Positions 8,701 to 17,160 of a stretch of 64,000 nucleotides of DNA are shown in pieces (the first letter of the stretch is position 1; every line of letters begins with the position of its first letter). The notes beneath the pieces are model-generated. The model was not told the origin of the DNA. It did no database searches and saw only the letters and a list, made by a program, of their open reading frames with translations. Source of the DNA: an uncultured Bacilli bacterium (GTDB lineage: Bacteria; Bacillota_I; Bacilli_A; RF39; UBA660); the NCBI GenBank assembly GCA_934090935.1, contig CAKOKD010000001.1:98571-162570 (forward strand), read 5' to 3'. Made by a program: the position numbers and the translations under genes.

Positions 8701-11699
8701 ATTCAACATTATCTACAGATACGCACTATTATGAAATATTAGGGAATCATGATAAAAATGGCGGCGCTGCATCTAGTGGTTATGGATATGGAGGAGCCGG
8801 AGGAACTGGTACAATAACTATTGGTGAGATTAGAAATAAAAAGTATTACGATTTAACTGACATAATTGAGCAAGATAAAGAAAAATACATTGAGAGTGTA
8901 ACAATAAAAGGAGAAAGTATCTTAAGTATATTAAATGACAATAGTTTAAATTCAGGATATTACTATTTTGCAGTTAACAATGAAACATATCCCGTTCATA
9001 TCTATACATTAAGTGGAAATCAACACTTTACTGAAAATCAGACATTTGGGGATGCAAAAGATGTAGCAACATCCGAAGATTATGCTCAAAATATGGTAAT
9101 AGTAAAAGTAAATGGAGATTTAGAAATAGATTCAGGAGTAACAGTAGCACCATACTACGATGCAACATACGGAGGACCAAAAGGATTCACATTATATGTA
9201 ACAGGAAAATTAACAAATAATGGAACAATAGATAATTCACATGGAGCAAAAGCTGAAGGCCAAAATGTATACTTGTGGAAGAATACTGATGGGTCTTATG
9301 AATATGTACCAGCAGAAGGAGCTGTTGGAAACAGCGTTGCTGGTGTTGGAAGAATGACAGGTTCAGGTGGAAGAGGTTCTGCATATGGTGGTTCTCCTGG
9401 CTCCGGAGGACCAGGAACAAGTTACTCTGGAGGACCAGGTGGAGGCGCATCTCATCACGGAGGCGCAAGTTCAGGAGCAGCTTTTGGAGGAGCTGGAGGT
9501 TATGGCTCTACATCTAATTGTACATTTGGATGTGGTGGAGGAGCTGGAAATCCAGGTGGAGCTGGAGTTTGCGGTTCAAATGGATCAAATGGAACTGGAG
9601 GATTATTAATAATATACTCAAATAGTTATGTAAATAATGGAACTATATCATCTCATGGATATTCAGGTGGCTATGGCGGACCAGTCGGAGAAGTTGGTGG
9701 TGGCTCCGGCGGAGGTTCAATAAATATATTTACAATGCAATTGATTAATTCTCTTGGAAATTATTTGAAAAATGGTGGCGGATCTGGAGGAGCTGGTACA
9801 ATAACTTACACTCAATTACAACCAGTAAGCTTTACATTTAACTATACTACACCAAACTTAACTGAATCAAAATTTGAAAAAGAAAAAATAAATATAATAA
9901 TCAATTATTTATCAACATTAACTAAAAAATTATATAGTTTAGATAATGGAACAACATGGTTAGAATATAAAGGTTCATTTGATGTAGAAGCAAATACAAA
10001 AATACTAGCAAAAGGAATAAAAGCAGATAAAACAGAAACTGATGTAGTAACATATGAAGCTCAAACACAAAATGGAATACCATATGAAACAATAGATGAA
10101 AATGAAGAAACAAAAGCAGTGTTAGAAGCAAATAAAGAATATGTATTTACAATAGAAGAAAAATTAAAAAATAGAAAAATAAGATTCTATTTAGAAAATG
10201 AAGCATCAAATGATGCAAGTATAAAAGTATATGATAAAAATAGTACAGAATTATTATCTACAACATTTGTTAATAACTTAACAGTTATCAACATTCCAGA
10301 AGAATCATATAAATTTGTAATAACTGGTGGAAGTGAAAACTTAGAGATAAGTGAAATAAACTTAAAAGAGAGAATAGAAGTAAATAAAAATATACCAGAG
10401 ATAAAAATAAACGATACAAACTGGACAAGCAGTAAAACAATCGAGATATCATATTCAGAAGGATATAAAAATGAATATAGTTTAGATCTAGGAGAAAACT
10501 GGATAGAATATGAAGAACCAATAGTTATAGAAGAAGAAAAGATAATACTTGCAAGAAGTCTAGAAGATGATAAAGTTGTTGGAAGCAGTAGTTATGTAAT
10601 AACAAGTGTTGATAATGTAGAACCAACAATAGAAATGGATATACCAGATGAAGTAACTCAAAATGATAGTTATGAAATACCTACAAAATCAACATTTGGA
10701 AAAAGCGAAGGAACAGTTATTTGTAAAGTAAATGATAAAGAAATTAAAAATACAAATGAACTAGAAGACGGAGAAAACACGATAACTTGTATAGCAACAA
10801 GTGGAAGTGGAAAAACAACTGAGATAAGTAAAACAATAACTTTAGTAAAAGTAAGCTCATTAAAAGATACAATAATGAGTAGAGAAATAATAACAACAGA
10901 ACCAACACTTACAACATCAAGTAATAATACAGAAGATGTAAGCGGATTATATAAATCAACAGAAACGAATTCAGGAGAACCAACATATTACTTTAGAGGA
11001 GACGTTCAAGATAACTATGTAAGTTTTGCTGGACAAACATGGAGAATAGTAAGAATCAATGAAGATGGAACAATAAGATTAATAATGCAAGATGGAATAA
11101 ACAATAATCAAGCATATGCATTTAACTTGAAATATGATGATTATTCATACATGTATTATTCCAACAGTGAAGCAAAAACAGCATTAGAAAACTGGTATAA
11201 TACCAATATAGAAAACAATGAAACTTATTCAAAACAAGTTGCAACTGGAGCATATTTCTGTGAACAAGCTAAAGTTAAATATAATTCTAATTATACATCT
11301 GGAGCTGCTACAATGACAGTTTATACAAGTTATACTCCAAACTTTAAGTGTGAGACAGATGGTAATGGTAAAGGAATAGTTAATTCAAATATAGGATTGA
11401 TTACTTATGATGAAGCTGTTTATGCAGGTGGTTATTTTTTACAAAGTAACAATAATTATTATTTATATACTACACCTAGCCTTTCATGGACAATGAGTCC
11501 TTCTGGAGTTTATGATTATATTTCAAATGTAGGTGACATAGCTATATATTTTAGTGGGGATATAGGAGATCATTATATTAGTTACGATCATGATTCTACC
11601 GGTAAATACCCTAATATTTTAAGACCAGTAATAAATTTAAAAAGTGATGCACAAATAAGTGGTTTAGGTACAATAGATGATCCATATGTGGTAAAATAA
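2733..11699 (+). CDS. Giant (~2990 aa) cell-surface protein. It has an N-terminal TM anchor, about 10 Fn3-like CHB_HEX_C-type repeats, TSP3-like Ca-binding CDLNCDTDNDGK repeats, a duplicated ~330-aa glycine-rich module and a C-terminal ~290-aa globular domain.
   Basis: A single 9 kb ORF. A lysine/glutamate-rich N-terminus is followed by the hydrophobic helix RPILVIILLFLLCALFMMF. The recurring motif Y..Y.EYTG.FEV..NTTIYA is seen directly in the translation. The C-terminal domain (YYFRGDV...WRIVRI...GLITYDEAVYAGG...RPVINL) is possibly lectin-like; that is my inference only. Confidence 0.8.
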   Translation: MRTKEEIKKVPEVEGVSLKEAKEILEKANIEIEKEKKKFNIFEKSGKVIKVEPKEKTKLKKNEKVVLYVNDRRPILVIILLFLLCALFMMFRSGTISTLINTTAPVIESKTHEWSQSVLVNVKKDATMKNTLDHYEYCVTSRKNTIGCVWRKTTTKNTIVSKTGKWYVYFRGIDEKNNKSRVSNREYVLVDNESPVIKEIEVKNGKVTIDAKDRHSGIDKIYYSYDGENYIEASKSFDIDKSTKIIYIKIVDKAGNEIILSKNVDDSTSCDLNCDTNNDGKCDLNCDTDNDGKCDLNCDTDNDGKCDLNCDTDNDGKCDLNCDTDNDGKCDLNCTNNATTTKSTTTKASSTTTTELIDNKVPIINLNKVPSKFIYGSKYDLPSYYKFGPKGGKVKCIVDGKDEKTDTSDLGIGKHNIVCTAYGNNGINVRVSKMVEVDVPEGEEEEWDGWIRLNLYYPANSTNWQWRIGKDGEIRDGYDFTGWQDYTGPILVKLEDVKNVYIRYNLLGETYVIAPSGKVAVDIEPSEYTILKGEKTKVKIYYEKDALTKEYRVGASDWMEYTGEFEVEANTLIEARSTKEERVYNSDGEYLYSKKIKGNDSVFISELLAPPGVSINPSDKKYTGTIEGGYTEEGNSESSGKYGPTERADGSYTTIPDVDFKPSEYLDGPIISGSPSSTLTDKVKIQVTTKDEAEAIYVQVGYGSYFEYTGEFEVTSNTTIYAYYVRKSDGMISRRSYYRVKNIKYGYRPYVRIDTTPDYLSSNANEVIAKISGSDYDTLEYSFDGYIYQKYTGEIKVTSSCTIYARGTNSYGATVEKEYITTKNAPTSKKNLTIEIFADPVKSNKLVNKTRISIDYDINAEKKYYKLAGESEYKEYTGPFEIDENTTIYAYATSKNAVGYKDKGIDFLTTGIMAPIITVKPTTNTSMVKVTIEFDQNASQKYYQIDNGEKLYYTGEFEIYKNSNIYAYNANTLGYEASSSKEITNVNKNLRYYVIDKGKYYIIKLNYPSGASVREYKWKADGTWKNYDDIGILLIKPEYKDEFNLDGYDGIKVQDEYGKDVIFTDHYYLIDVPFSKLMENLFMRWDRTKPSAPDIMIEPEDETSREVKVIINYSKTLEKKYYKLVNEGGQSTGWMEYTGPFNVSKNGVIVYAKGETYTQVESDISSRKITNIDNTAPDIIVNGDLDSPKQKINLFIRVEDKSVIDRIKYAKGNKNVDYFKNNGSVIDNFSTITIEENDEYTFYAIDELGNAGVKIINVTNIDKDAPNIVINVEAKSKTIETKVTIDYGDSKVKLYKIGENGEYKEYTDKLILKSSDLFNLKNEDGSLTIYAKGIDEALNESIVKEITYVLDLDEIKSPVINVSDGYPMLTRDGMIEEKQSYISYDTKDDIENYYKIDDGKYVLYNGSITIKSGKITARSERKLSGQVVEVSANVVVPANSIGKNAYDGDLQTSETIARGVSKLFTINPNLYGEKLKIYTGVSVSNTSTIKLYDKDKKLLNEIPTVAVLTIANIEDGTYYVEINSGSGTLDVREISLQNENFINDLHTPIISISESGWAAEKVATVKYYSDEYKNEYSLDNGSTWLDYQDPIKLIEPTNVIARTIRDEKVIGSSNFIVTKIDTEEPVIELNIGNKIQLGYDKNIPTYYKETPSGTNVECRDGNEVVTNTSELKLGKHSIVCTATTGVGRKVSVEKKIEIVEAHDFESDSILAAIADKDIITGKYKIQVNDEVYSVHVVTYDENQHFTENQTFGDAKDVATADDYAQNMVIVKINGDLEIDSGVTVAPYYDETYGGPKGFMLYVTGKLTNNGTIDNSHGAYAEGQNVYLWKNTDGSYEYVPAEGAVGNSIAGVGRMTGSGGGGSAYGGTPGSGGSGTSYSGGTGGGASHHGSASSGAAFGGAGGYGSTSNCTFACGGGAGNPGGAGACGPNGANGTGGLLIIYSDTYINKGIVSSHGYSGGIGGSVGEGGGGSGGGSINIFINQNTVLNQEDSTLSTDTHYYEILGNHDKNGGAASSGYGYGGAGGTGTITIGEIRNKKYYDLTDIIEQDKEKYIESVTIKGESILSILNDNSLNSGYYYFAVNNETYPVHIYTLSGNQHFTENQTFGDAKDVATSEDYAQNMVIVKVNGDLEIDSGVTVAPYYDATYGGPKGFTLYVTGKLTNNGTIDNSHGAKAEGQNVYLWKNTDGSYEYVPAEGAVGNSVAGVGRMTGSGGRGSAYGGSPGSGGPGTSYSGGPGGGASHHGGASSGAAFGGAGGYGSTSNCTFGCGGGAGNPGGAGVCGSNGSNGTGGLLIIYSNSYVNNGTISSHGYSGGYGGPVGEVGGGSGGGSINIFTMQLINSLGNYLKNGGGSGGAGTITYTQLQPVSFTFNYTTPNLTESKFEKEKINIIINYLSTLTKKLYSLDNGTTWLEYKGSFDVEANTKILAKGIKADKTETDVVTYEAQTQNGIPYETIDENEETKAVLEANKEYVFTIEEKLKNRKIRFYLENEASNDASIKVYDKNSTELLSTTFVNNLTVINIPEESYKFVITGGSENLEISEINLKERIEVNKNIPEIKINDTNWTSSKTIEISYSEGYKNEYSLDLGENWIEYEEPIVIEEEKIILARSLEDDKVVGSSSYVITSVDNVEPTIEMDIPDEVTQNDSYEIPTKSTFGKSEGTVICKVNDKEIKNTNELEDGENTITCIATSGSGKTTEISKTITLVKVSSLKDTIMSREIITTEPTLTTSSNNTEDVSGLYKSTETNSGEPTYYFRGDVQDNYVSFAGQTWRIVRINEDGTIRLIMQDGINNNQAYAFNLKYDDYSYMYYSNSEAKTALENWYNTNIENNETYSKQVATGAYFCEQAKVKYNSNYTSGAATMTVYTSYTPNFKCETDGNGKGIVNSNIGLITYDEAVYAGGYFLQSNNNYYLYTTPSLSWTMSPSGVYDYISNVGDIAIYFSGDIGDHYISYDHDSTGKYPNILRPVINLKSDAQISGLGTIDDPYVVK
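3539..3735 (+). repeat. Perfect in-frame 36-nt tandem repeat of about 5.5 copies, encoding CDLNCDTDNDGK (thrombospondin-type-3-like Ca-binding motif).
   Basis: The unit tgtgatttgaactgtgatacagataatgacggaaaa is repeated identically three times. Degenerate copies flank it. Confidence 0.9.
7900..9810 (+). repeat. Two ~0.95-1 kb near-identical direct repeats inside the giant gene: the glycine-rich module duplicated in tandem, separated by ~130 nt.
   Basis: The aa segments HFTENQTFGDAKDVAT...GGGSGGGSINIF occur twice. Long stretches are nucleotide-identical, for example cattttactgaaaatca...gatgcaaaagatgtagcaaca. Confidence 0.85.
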
Positions 11700-11715
11700 T
11701 TTTATAAGGAGAGTA

Positions 11716-12120
11716 ATGATGAAGAAAGTTATAGAACTAATAAAAAATAATAAAAGAACAGCAATTATACTAGGAAGTATCTTCCTAGTAGTAGTAGCTG
11801 GATTGATAATAAGAAATACATTGAGTGATCCAAATACAGGATATTTGAGAAATCAAACAGTAGAAGGATTATCAATGGAAGATGCTTCATTAGAATATAA
11901 AGATGGAGTAAGCACCTTTACAGCAAATGTATTTAATGAAAGTGGAGATGTATTTAATCTAAAAACAATAGAAGTAATATTGGAAAGTAAAAGTAAAACA
12001 ACAACACTTACTGGATACATTGGAGAAACACTAGAAAAAGAAGAAGGAAGAGTCTTGAGAATAAGTATTGATCAAGATTTAAGTGATTCAGAAAAACTTA
12101 CTTATAAAATTAATAAATAA
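11716..12120 (+). CDS. Small N-terminally anchored extracytoplasmic protein of unknown function.
   Basis: GGAG RBS. An N-terminal TM (AIILGSIFLVVVAGLII) is followed by a soluble domain. It sits directly downstream of the giant gene. Confidence 0.5.
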   Translation: MMKKVIELIKNNKRTAIILGSIFLVVVAGLIIRNTLSDPNTGYLRNQTVEGLSMEDASLEYKDGVSTFTANVFNESGDVFNLKTIEVILESKSKTTTLTGYIGETLEKEEGRVLRISIDQDLSDSEKLTYKINK

Positions 12121-12130
12121 TATATAAAAT

Positions 12131-12164
12131 GTTGATAATATAAGAGTTATCAACGTTTTTTTTT
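12131..12164 (+). terminator. Intrinsic terminator for the + strand gene.
   Basis: GTTGATAA...TTATCAAC hairpin followed by a T9 run. Confidence 0.7.
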
Positions 12165-12194
12165 TGCAAAAAAAATAAAGACGAAAAGTCTTTA
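12156..12194 (-). terminator. Intrinsic terminator for the convergent HerA-like gene.
   Basis: On the minus strand, AAAGAC-ttttc-GTCTTT is followed by ATTTTTTTT. Confidence 0.65.
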
Positions 12195-13952
12195 TTGATA
12201 CCAAATTTTATCTATTTTAATTGATGTAGATACTGGCATTGGATTTGGAAGTGGGAATTTTACTAGAAGTGGAACTTTGAAAGCTGTACCAAATACAAGT
12301 CCCATACCAGGTTTTAATGTTTTTATTTTCTCTAGTGTTTCATCAGTAACGTTTGATGAAATACCTTTTACTATCTCTAGATCTTCTGGATAGAAAAGTC
12401 TAAATACAACGAAGTTAGAACATTGAGATAATGCTGTTTTAGATAACTCATTTGGTCTTTGAGTAACAAAACCTAAAATAGTTCCATATTTTCTTCCTTC
12501 TTTTGTTATTCTATCAAATATATTGTATCCTAAAACACTTATATCTGAATCATTTTGTACGTATCTATGTGCTTCTTCTAATATTATATGTATTGGATAT
12601 GTTCCTCTATCCTGTAAACTTGTTGTATGTTCAAAGAATACTCTTGAGAATATCTTTGTTAAACATTTAGCAAATGAATCTTCAATAAATGATAGATTGA
12701 CATCAACCAATTGAACGTTTTCTCCATTTGGACCAGTTTTAAAGAATTCTTCAACAAATTCAGCTCTGGATACATATCTATCAAATTTAAAGAATTCATT
12801 TTTATCACTGTTGATGATGGATTGTAGTCTTGATTTTAAAATGTTGTTTTTATCAAATGCTGATTCACTTGTTAATATTCCTTCACTTATTAGAGCAAAC
12901 TCTAATGCATAATATAGATCACTTAAAGTATAAGTTATATTTTCATCTAAAGTTACATTGATATCAACTTTTATATATGTTTGTAAAAAATTAATAACTA
13001 AAGCAAGGGCATTTATTTTACCTTGATCATCGATATTTAAACATTGTCTTAATGTTCTTTCATATCCAGGTTGTCTTATCTTTGAATCCAAATTTATATC
13101 ATCAGTATGATAAGTTGTAAGTATTGATATAACTTGATCTCTTATTTGAGTTGCATTTTTTCCACTTGATAAAATATCAAGCACGGTTTTCGCTATTATA
13201 TCGTTTTTATAGTCAACTGATTTAGGATCTGTTGAACAAAATATCTTTACTAGATCTATGGATTTTGCAAGTATAGGAAGTTGAGATGCATCCTTAACTC
13301 CTAGAAGGATTGCAAGATCATCAACAGTTAAAAGATATGCTGGAATTGTTAGAAGAGATGCATCTCCAAAACGTATCTCAGTTGTATATCTTTTAAAGTG
13401 AAGGCCTACAAATTTATCCATCTCATTAAAAGTGTTGTAATATTCTCCATATACATCGAATAAACACATATGAGCATTTATTGGAATTTTTCCATTTGCT
13501 GTAAAGAAGACGTTTTGTATCAATCTAGAAAGACCACAACTTTTACCAGATCCAGTGTTTCCAATAACCGCGAAATGGTTTGCAAAGAATTCATTGATGT
13601 TTGATGTTATCATGTATTCCTTATATATTGGAGATGTACCTATAAGCAAGTTGCTTCTATTTGATAAGTCTTGATTTCCTAAAATAAGTTCAAGCTCGGA
13701 TTTATAAATAATTCTTGCTATTGCACTTGCTCCTGGTTTTTTCATAACACCGTTAGCGAATACTCCATCAACAATTTCACCAATAAGTTGAATCGCGATA
13801 TATTCCTTGTTTATTTCAATTATTTCTCCAACTATTTTATGTGATTTTTCTTCAAATACAACATGAAAACCGATGTAATTAGTATCAGCTATATGTTTTA
13901 TATTTTCAACATATATAACTGATTTTTCAAATTTAATTATATTACCAAACAT
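12192..13952 (-). CDS. HerA/FtsK-like DUF87 ATPase, stand-alone.
   Basis: Walker A GNTGSGKS. Walker B with catalytic Glu (IHIILEEAHRY). An arginine-finger TQRP motif (GFVTQRPNELS). An N-terminal barrel-like region. Confidence 0.7.
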   Translation of the reverse strand: MFGNIIKFEKSVIYVENIKHIADTNYIGFHVVFEEKSHKIVGEIIEINKEYIAIQLIGEIVDGVFANGVMKKPGASAIARIIYKSELELILGNQDLSNRSNLLIGTSPIYKEYMITSNINEFFANHFAVIGNTGSGKSCGLSRLIQNVFFTANGKIPINAHMCLFDVYGEYYNTFNEMDKFVGLHFKRYTTEIRFGDASLLTIPAYLLTVDDLAILLGVKDASQLPILAKSIDLVKIFCSTDPKSVDYKNDIIAKTVLDILSSGKNATQIRDQVISILTTYHTDDINLDSKIRQPGYERTLRQCLNIDDQGKINALALVINFLQTYIKVDINVTLDENITYTLSDLYYALEFALISEGILTSESAFDKNNILKSRLQSIINSDKNEFFKFDRYVSRAEFVEEFFKTGPNGENVQLVDVNLSFIEDSFAKCLTKIFSRVFFEHTTSLQDRGTYPIHIILEEAHRYVQNDSDISVLGYNIFDRITKEGRKYGTILGFVTQRPNELSKTALSQCSNFVVFRLFYPEDLEIVKGISSNVTDETLEKIKTLKPGMGLVFGTAFKVPLLVKFPLPNPMPVSTSIKIDKIWYQ

Positions 13953-14119
13953 AATATCACCTATACTTTATTCTTCTATATAAGAATACCAAAAATTAGG
14001 AACTTTTTCTATACTAATTTGAATATAATATAGAAATTGAACAAATTTTATTTTTTGTTCTTTTTAATTTCATAAATATATGCTATTATTATAATGTTTT
14101 ATAAAAAGGAAGTGTTTTT

Positions 14120-16162
14120 ATGAAGAAGTTTTTTAATAATGATTATATAAAAACATTCTTTGTAGTATTAATAAATATATTATTGGTTGATATAATTTTT
14201 AAGTTGATAAATGGTTCTAAGTTAATAGATGTTTCTATGATTAGAATATTTTTTTCGTCTGTTTTTATATCTTCAATATTGGCTCTTATTTTGGGTAATA
14301 TTCCAAGAAAGGCAAGAATTATATGTACATCTATAGTTAACTTTGTAATATCTGCTTATGCTTGTGCTCAAGCTGGATTTTATAACTTTTTAGGTGTTTA
14401 TATGTCTTTACAAACTTCAAGTCAATTTGGAGCAGTAGTAGACTATATAAAAGATTTCTTTTTAAGTTTTAAAGTCATTTATTTCTTAACTTTTATTCCA
14501 TTTATATTAACTATTCTTTATTTTATATTTTTGGATAAAGAAGATTATAAATTCAGTTTAAAGAAACAATTTATTAATACGTTTGTTATTTTGCTTTTGT
14601 TTGGTAACTTGTTTTTTGTAACAATAGAATATGATGCTTTTCAAAATAAACTTCAAACTACATCAAATATGAATTTATTTTTAACAGCTTCTAACCCAAG
14701 TTTAACTATTGAACAATTTGGTACAACAGGATTTGGTATTTTGGATGTAAAAGCAATTATTCATCCAGTTACAATAGTAGAAGATTACGTTAATGATAAA
14801 AGTGATGATAAAGAGATAACTGATAAAACAAGAGTAATAGATGATAAAGCTTTTAATGCTGTTATTGAAAATGAAGATAACTTGGAATATAAAGCATTAA
14901 GCAACTATTTTATTAATCAAACTATAACAGATAAGAATGATTATACTGGCATGTTTAAAGATAAGAATTTAATAGTTATTATGATGGAATCCGCAAATGA
15001 TATATTTATTAATCCTGAATATTATCCAAACTTCTATAAGTTATATACTGAAGGTTGGTCTTGGGAAAACAATTATAGCCCAAGAAATTCATGTGCAACT
15101 ATGAATAATGAATTCAGTGGAATGACATCTTTATATTCAATATATAACACATGTACGGCAAGTAAGTATAAAGCAAATACTTATTATGAAAGTATATTTA
15201 ATTTATTTAATAGACAAAATTATGTAACTTTCTCAAGTCATGATTATACGGAAGCATATTATCCAAGAAGTACAATTCATAAGAATATGGGTAGTGGAGA
15301 ATACTATGGTGTTCAAAAGCTTGGTATTAAATATTCAAATGAATATACTAACTGGGCCAATGATGATGAATTTATGGAAGCTATTTTAAAAATAATTGAT
15401 AAGAAGACAAGCAATAATGAACATTTTATGACATGGCTTACTACAGTTTCTTCTCATCAACCATATAGCACAAGTTCAATTCAAGGGGATAAATACTATA
15501 GCATGACAGATGGAACAGGATATTCAAGTGATGTTAGAAGATATATGTCTAAATTAAAAATACTTGATGATGGTTTAGGAATTCTTCTTGAAGGATTAAA
15601 AAGTCGTGGAATTTTAGATGATACCGTTATAGTTTTATATGGAGATCATTATCCTTATGGAATTAATAAAGATCATTTAAATGAAGTATTAGATTATGAT
15701 ACGAATGAGGATATGAATGCTGAACAAGTTCCATTTGTAATATATAATTCTACAATTGAACCAAAGAAATTTAGTGAATATACTTTCTATTTAAACATTT
15801 TACCAACAATTGCTAATCTATTTGATTTAGATTATGATCCTAGACTTTATTTAGGAACTGATCTTTTCAGCAGTGATGCTAAGAGTTTAACCGTGTTTGC
15901 TGATGGTTCATGGAAGAATGAAATAGCTTATTATAATGCTAAAAAGAATAAGATAAAGTATTATACGGATAAGACTTATACAACTGAGGAGTTAAATCAA
16001 ATCAACAATGAAATTACTACTAAAGTTAATATAAGTAATAAGGTTATTAAAGAAAACTATTTTGAACATCTAGGAAATAGTTTGGAGGAAGAAAATAAGA
16101 AAATAAGTGAACTTTCAAATATTATGTGTTTAAATAGTGATAAAGATAAGTATAATAGTTAA
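14120..16162 (+). CDS. LTA synthase (LtaS) family protein: polytopic N-terminus plus an extracellular sulfatase domain.
   Basis: Five N-terminal TM helices. The sulfatase-fold motifs MMESANDIF, SPRNSCATMNNEFSG, VSSHQPY and LYGDHYPYG are present. Confidence 0.8.
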   Translation: MKKFFNNDYIKTFFVVLINILLVDIIFKLINGSKLIDVSMIRIFFSSVFISSILALILGNIPRKARIICTSIVNFVISAYACAQAGFYNFLGVYMSLQTSSQFGAVVDYIKDFFLSFKVIYFLTFIPFILTILYFIFLDKEDYKFSLKKQFINTFVILLLFGNLFFVTIEYDAFQNKLQTTSNMNLFLTASNPSLTIEQFGTTGFGILDVKAIIHPVTIVEDYVNDKSDDKEITDKTRVIDDKAFNAVIENEDNLEYKALSNYFINQTITDKNDYTGMFKDKNLIVIMMESANDIFINPEYYPNFYKLYTEGWSWENNYSPRNSCATMNNEFSGMTSLYSIYNTCTASKYKANTYYESIFNLFNRQNYVTFSSHDYTEAYYPRSTIHKNMGSGEYYGVQKLGIKYSNEYTNWANDDEFMEAILKIIDKKTSNNEHFMTWLTTVSSHQPYSTSSIQGDKYYSMTDGTGYSSDVRRYMSKLKILDDGLGILLEGLKSRGILDDTVIVLYGDHYPYGINKDHLNEVLDYDTNEDMNAEQVPFVIYNSTIEPKKFSEYTFYLNILPTIANLFDLDYDPRLYLGTDLFSSDAKSLTVFADGSWKNEIAYYNAKKNKIKYYTDKTYTTEELNQINNEITTKVNISNKVIKENYFEHLGNSLEEENKKISELSNIMCLNSDKDKYNS

Positions 16163-16470
16163 GATATGGAAACATATCTTTTTCTTTAGTTGTATGCTAT
16201 AATTTCCTTATTGTGCATGAGTGTTATATTGATTCAACTTCAAAATTTTATAGTATAGTTAAAACAACTGAGATGATGGTTAATTCAAGACATAAGAATA
16301 TGAATAATATTTTTGTTTCTTTTATTGAAGCAGCAAAGTTAAAGAAAATAGCATGTAATAATGATATAAGGAAGCTTAATAAAAAACACTAAGTTTCTTT
16401 TTTTTATGTAAAGTATATTTATAAGAAAAGGCAAATTTGCTATAATAATAATTAGAATAGAGGCGAATAT

Positions 16471-17157
16471 ATGACAGAAGAAGTTAAAAATATGTGTCCA
16501 ATTGGAAGTGATGCGGTTGGAGGACCTTCACCAATCCCTGAGGATGGAATTTATGTAAGTGCCAAAGAGCAAAGCGATATATCAGGACTTACTCATGCAG
16601 TTGGTTGGTGTGCACCTCAACAAGGAGCATGTAAGCTTACTTTAAACATCAAAAATGGAATTATTGAAGAAGCTTTGGTGGAAACTGTTGGATGTTCAGG
16701 TATGACTCATTCAGCAGCTATGGCTGGAGAAATTTTACCTGGTAAAACTTTGATTGAAGCTTTAAATACTGATTTGGTGTGTGATGCAATCAATACAGCA
16801 ATGCGAGAGCTTTTCTTACAAATCGTTTATGGTAGAAGTCAATCAGCTTTTTCTAAAGGTGGACTTAGTATTGGTTCTTGTATGGAAGATTTGGGTAAGT
16901 TTAAACAAAGTCAACTGGGATCAGTTTATTCTACTAAAGAAAAGGGTGTTAGATATTTAAATTTAACTGATGGTTATATCCTATCTTTAGGTTTAGATGA
17001 AGAGAATAAGATAATCGGTTATAAGTATATAAATACTGGTAAAATGATAGAACTTTTAAAAACAGGAGTTGATCCAGTGAAAGCTATTAATCAATCAACT
17101 GGTATTTATGGTAGATTTGAAGAAGCTTCTAAAAAAATCGACCCAAGAAAGGAATAA
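16471..17157 (+). CDS. NifU/IscU-like Fe-S scaffold-type protein, the partner of the GGGtGRT protein.
   Basis: Conserved Cys (MCPIGSD, GWCAPQQGACK, VGCSGMTH). Its stop lies 3 nt before the next start. Confidence 0.45.
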   Translation: MTEEVKNMCPIGSDAVGGPSPIPEDGIYVSAKEQSDISGLTHAVGWCAPQQGACKLTLNIKNGIIEEALVETVGCSGMTHSAAMAGEILPGKTLIEALNTDLVCDAINTAMRELFLQIVYGRSQSAFSKGGLSIGSCMEDLGKFKQSQLGSVYSTKEKGVRYLNLTDGYILSLGLDEENKIIGYKYINTGKMIELLKTGVDPVKAINQSTGIYGRFEEASKKIDPRKE

Positions 17158-17160
17158 TTT

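Noticed and set aside
7670-10521. Multiple short ORFs on both strands within the giant gene (7693-7947, 8125-8547, 9187-9609, 9922-10131, 10288-10521).
   Set aside because: All lie inside one uninterrupted 9 kb ORF with consistent codon usage. Their Q/H/L-rich translations are typical of antisense frames of G/S-rich coding sequence.
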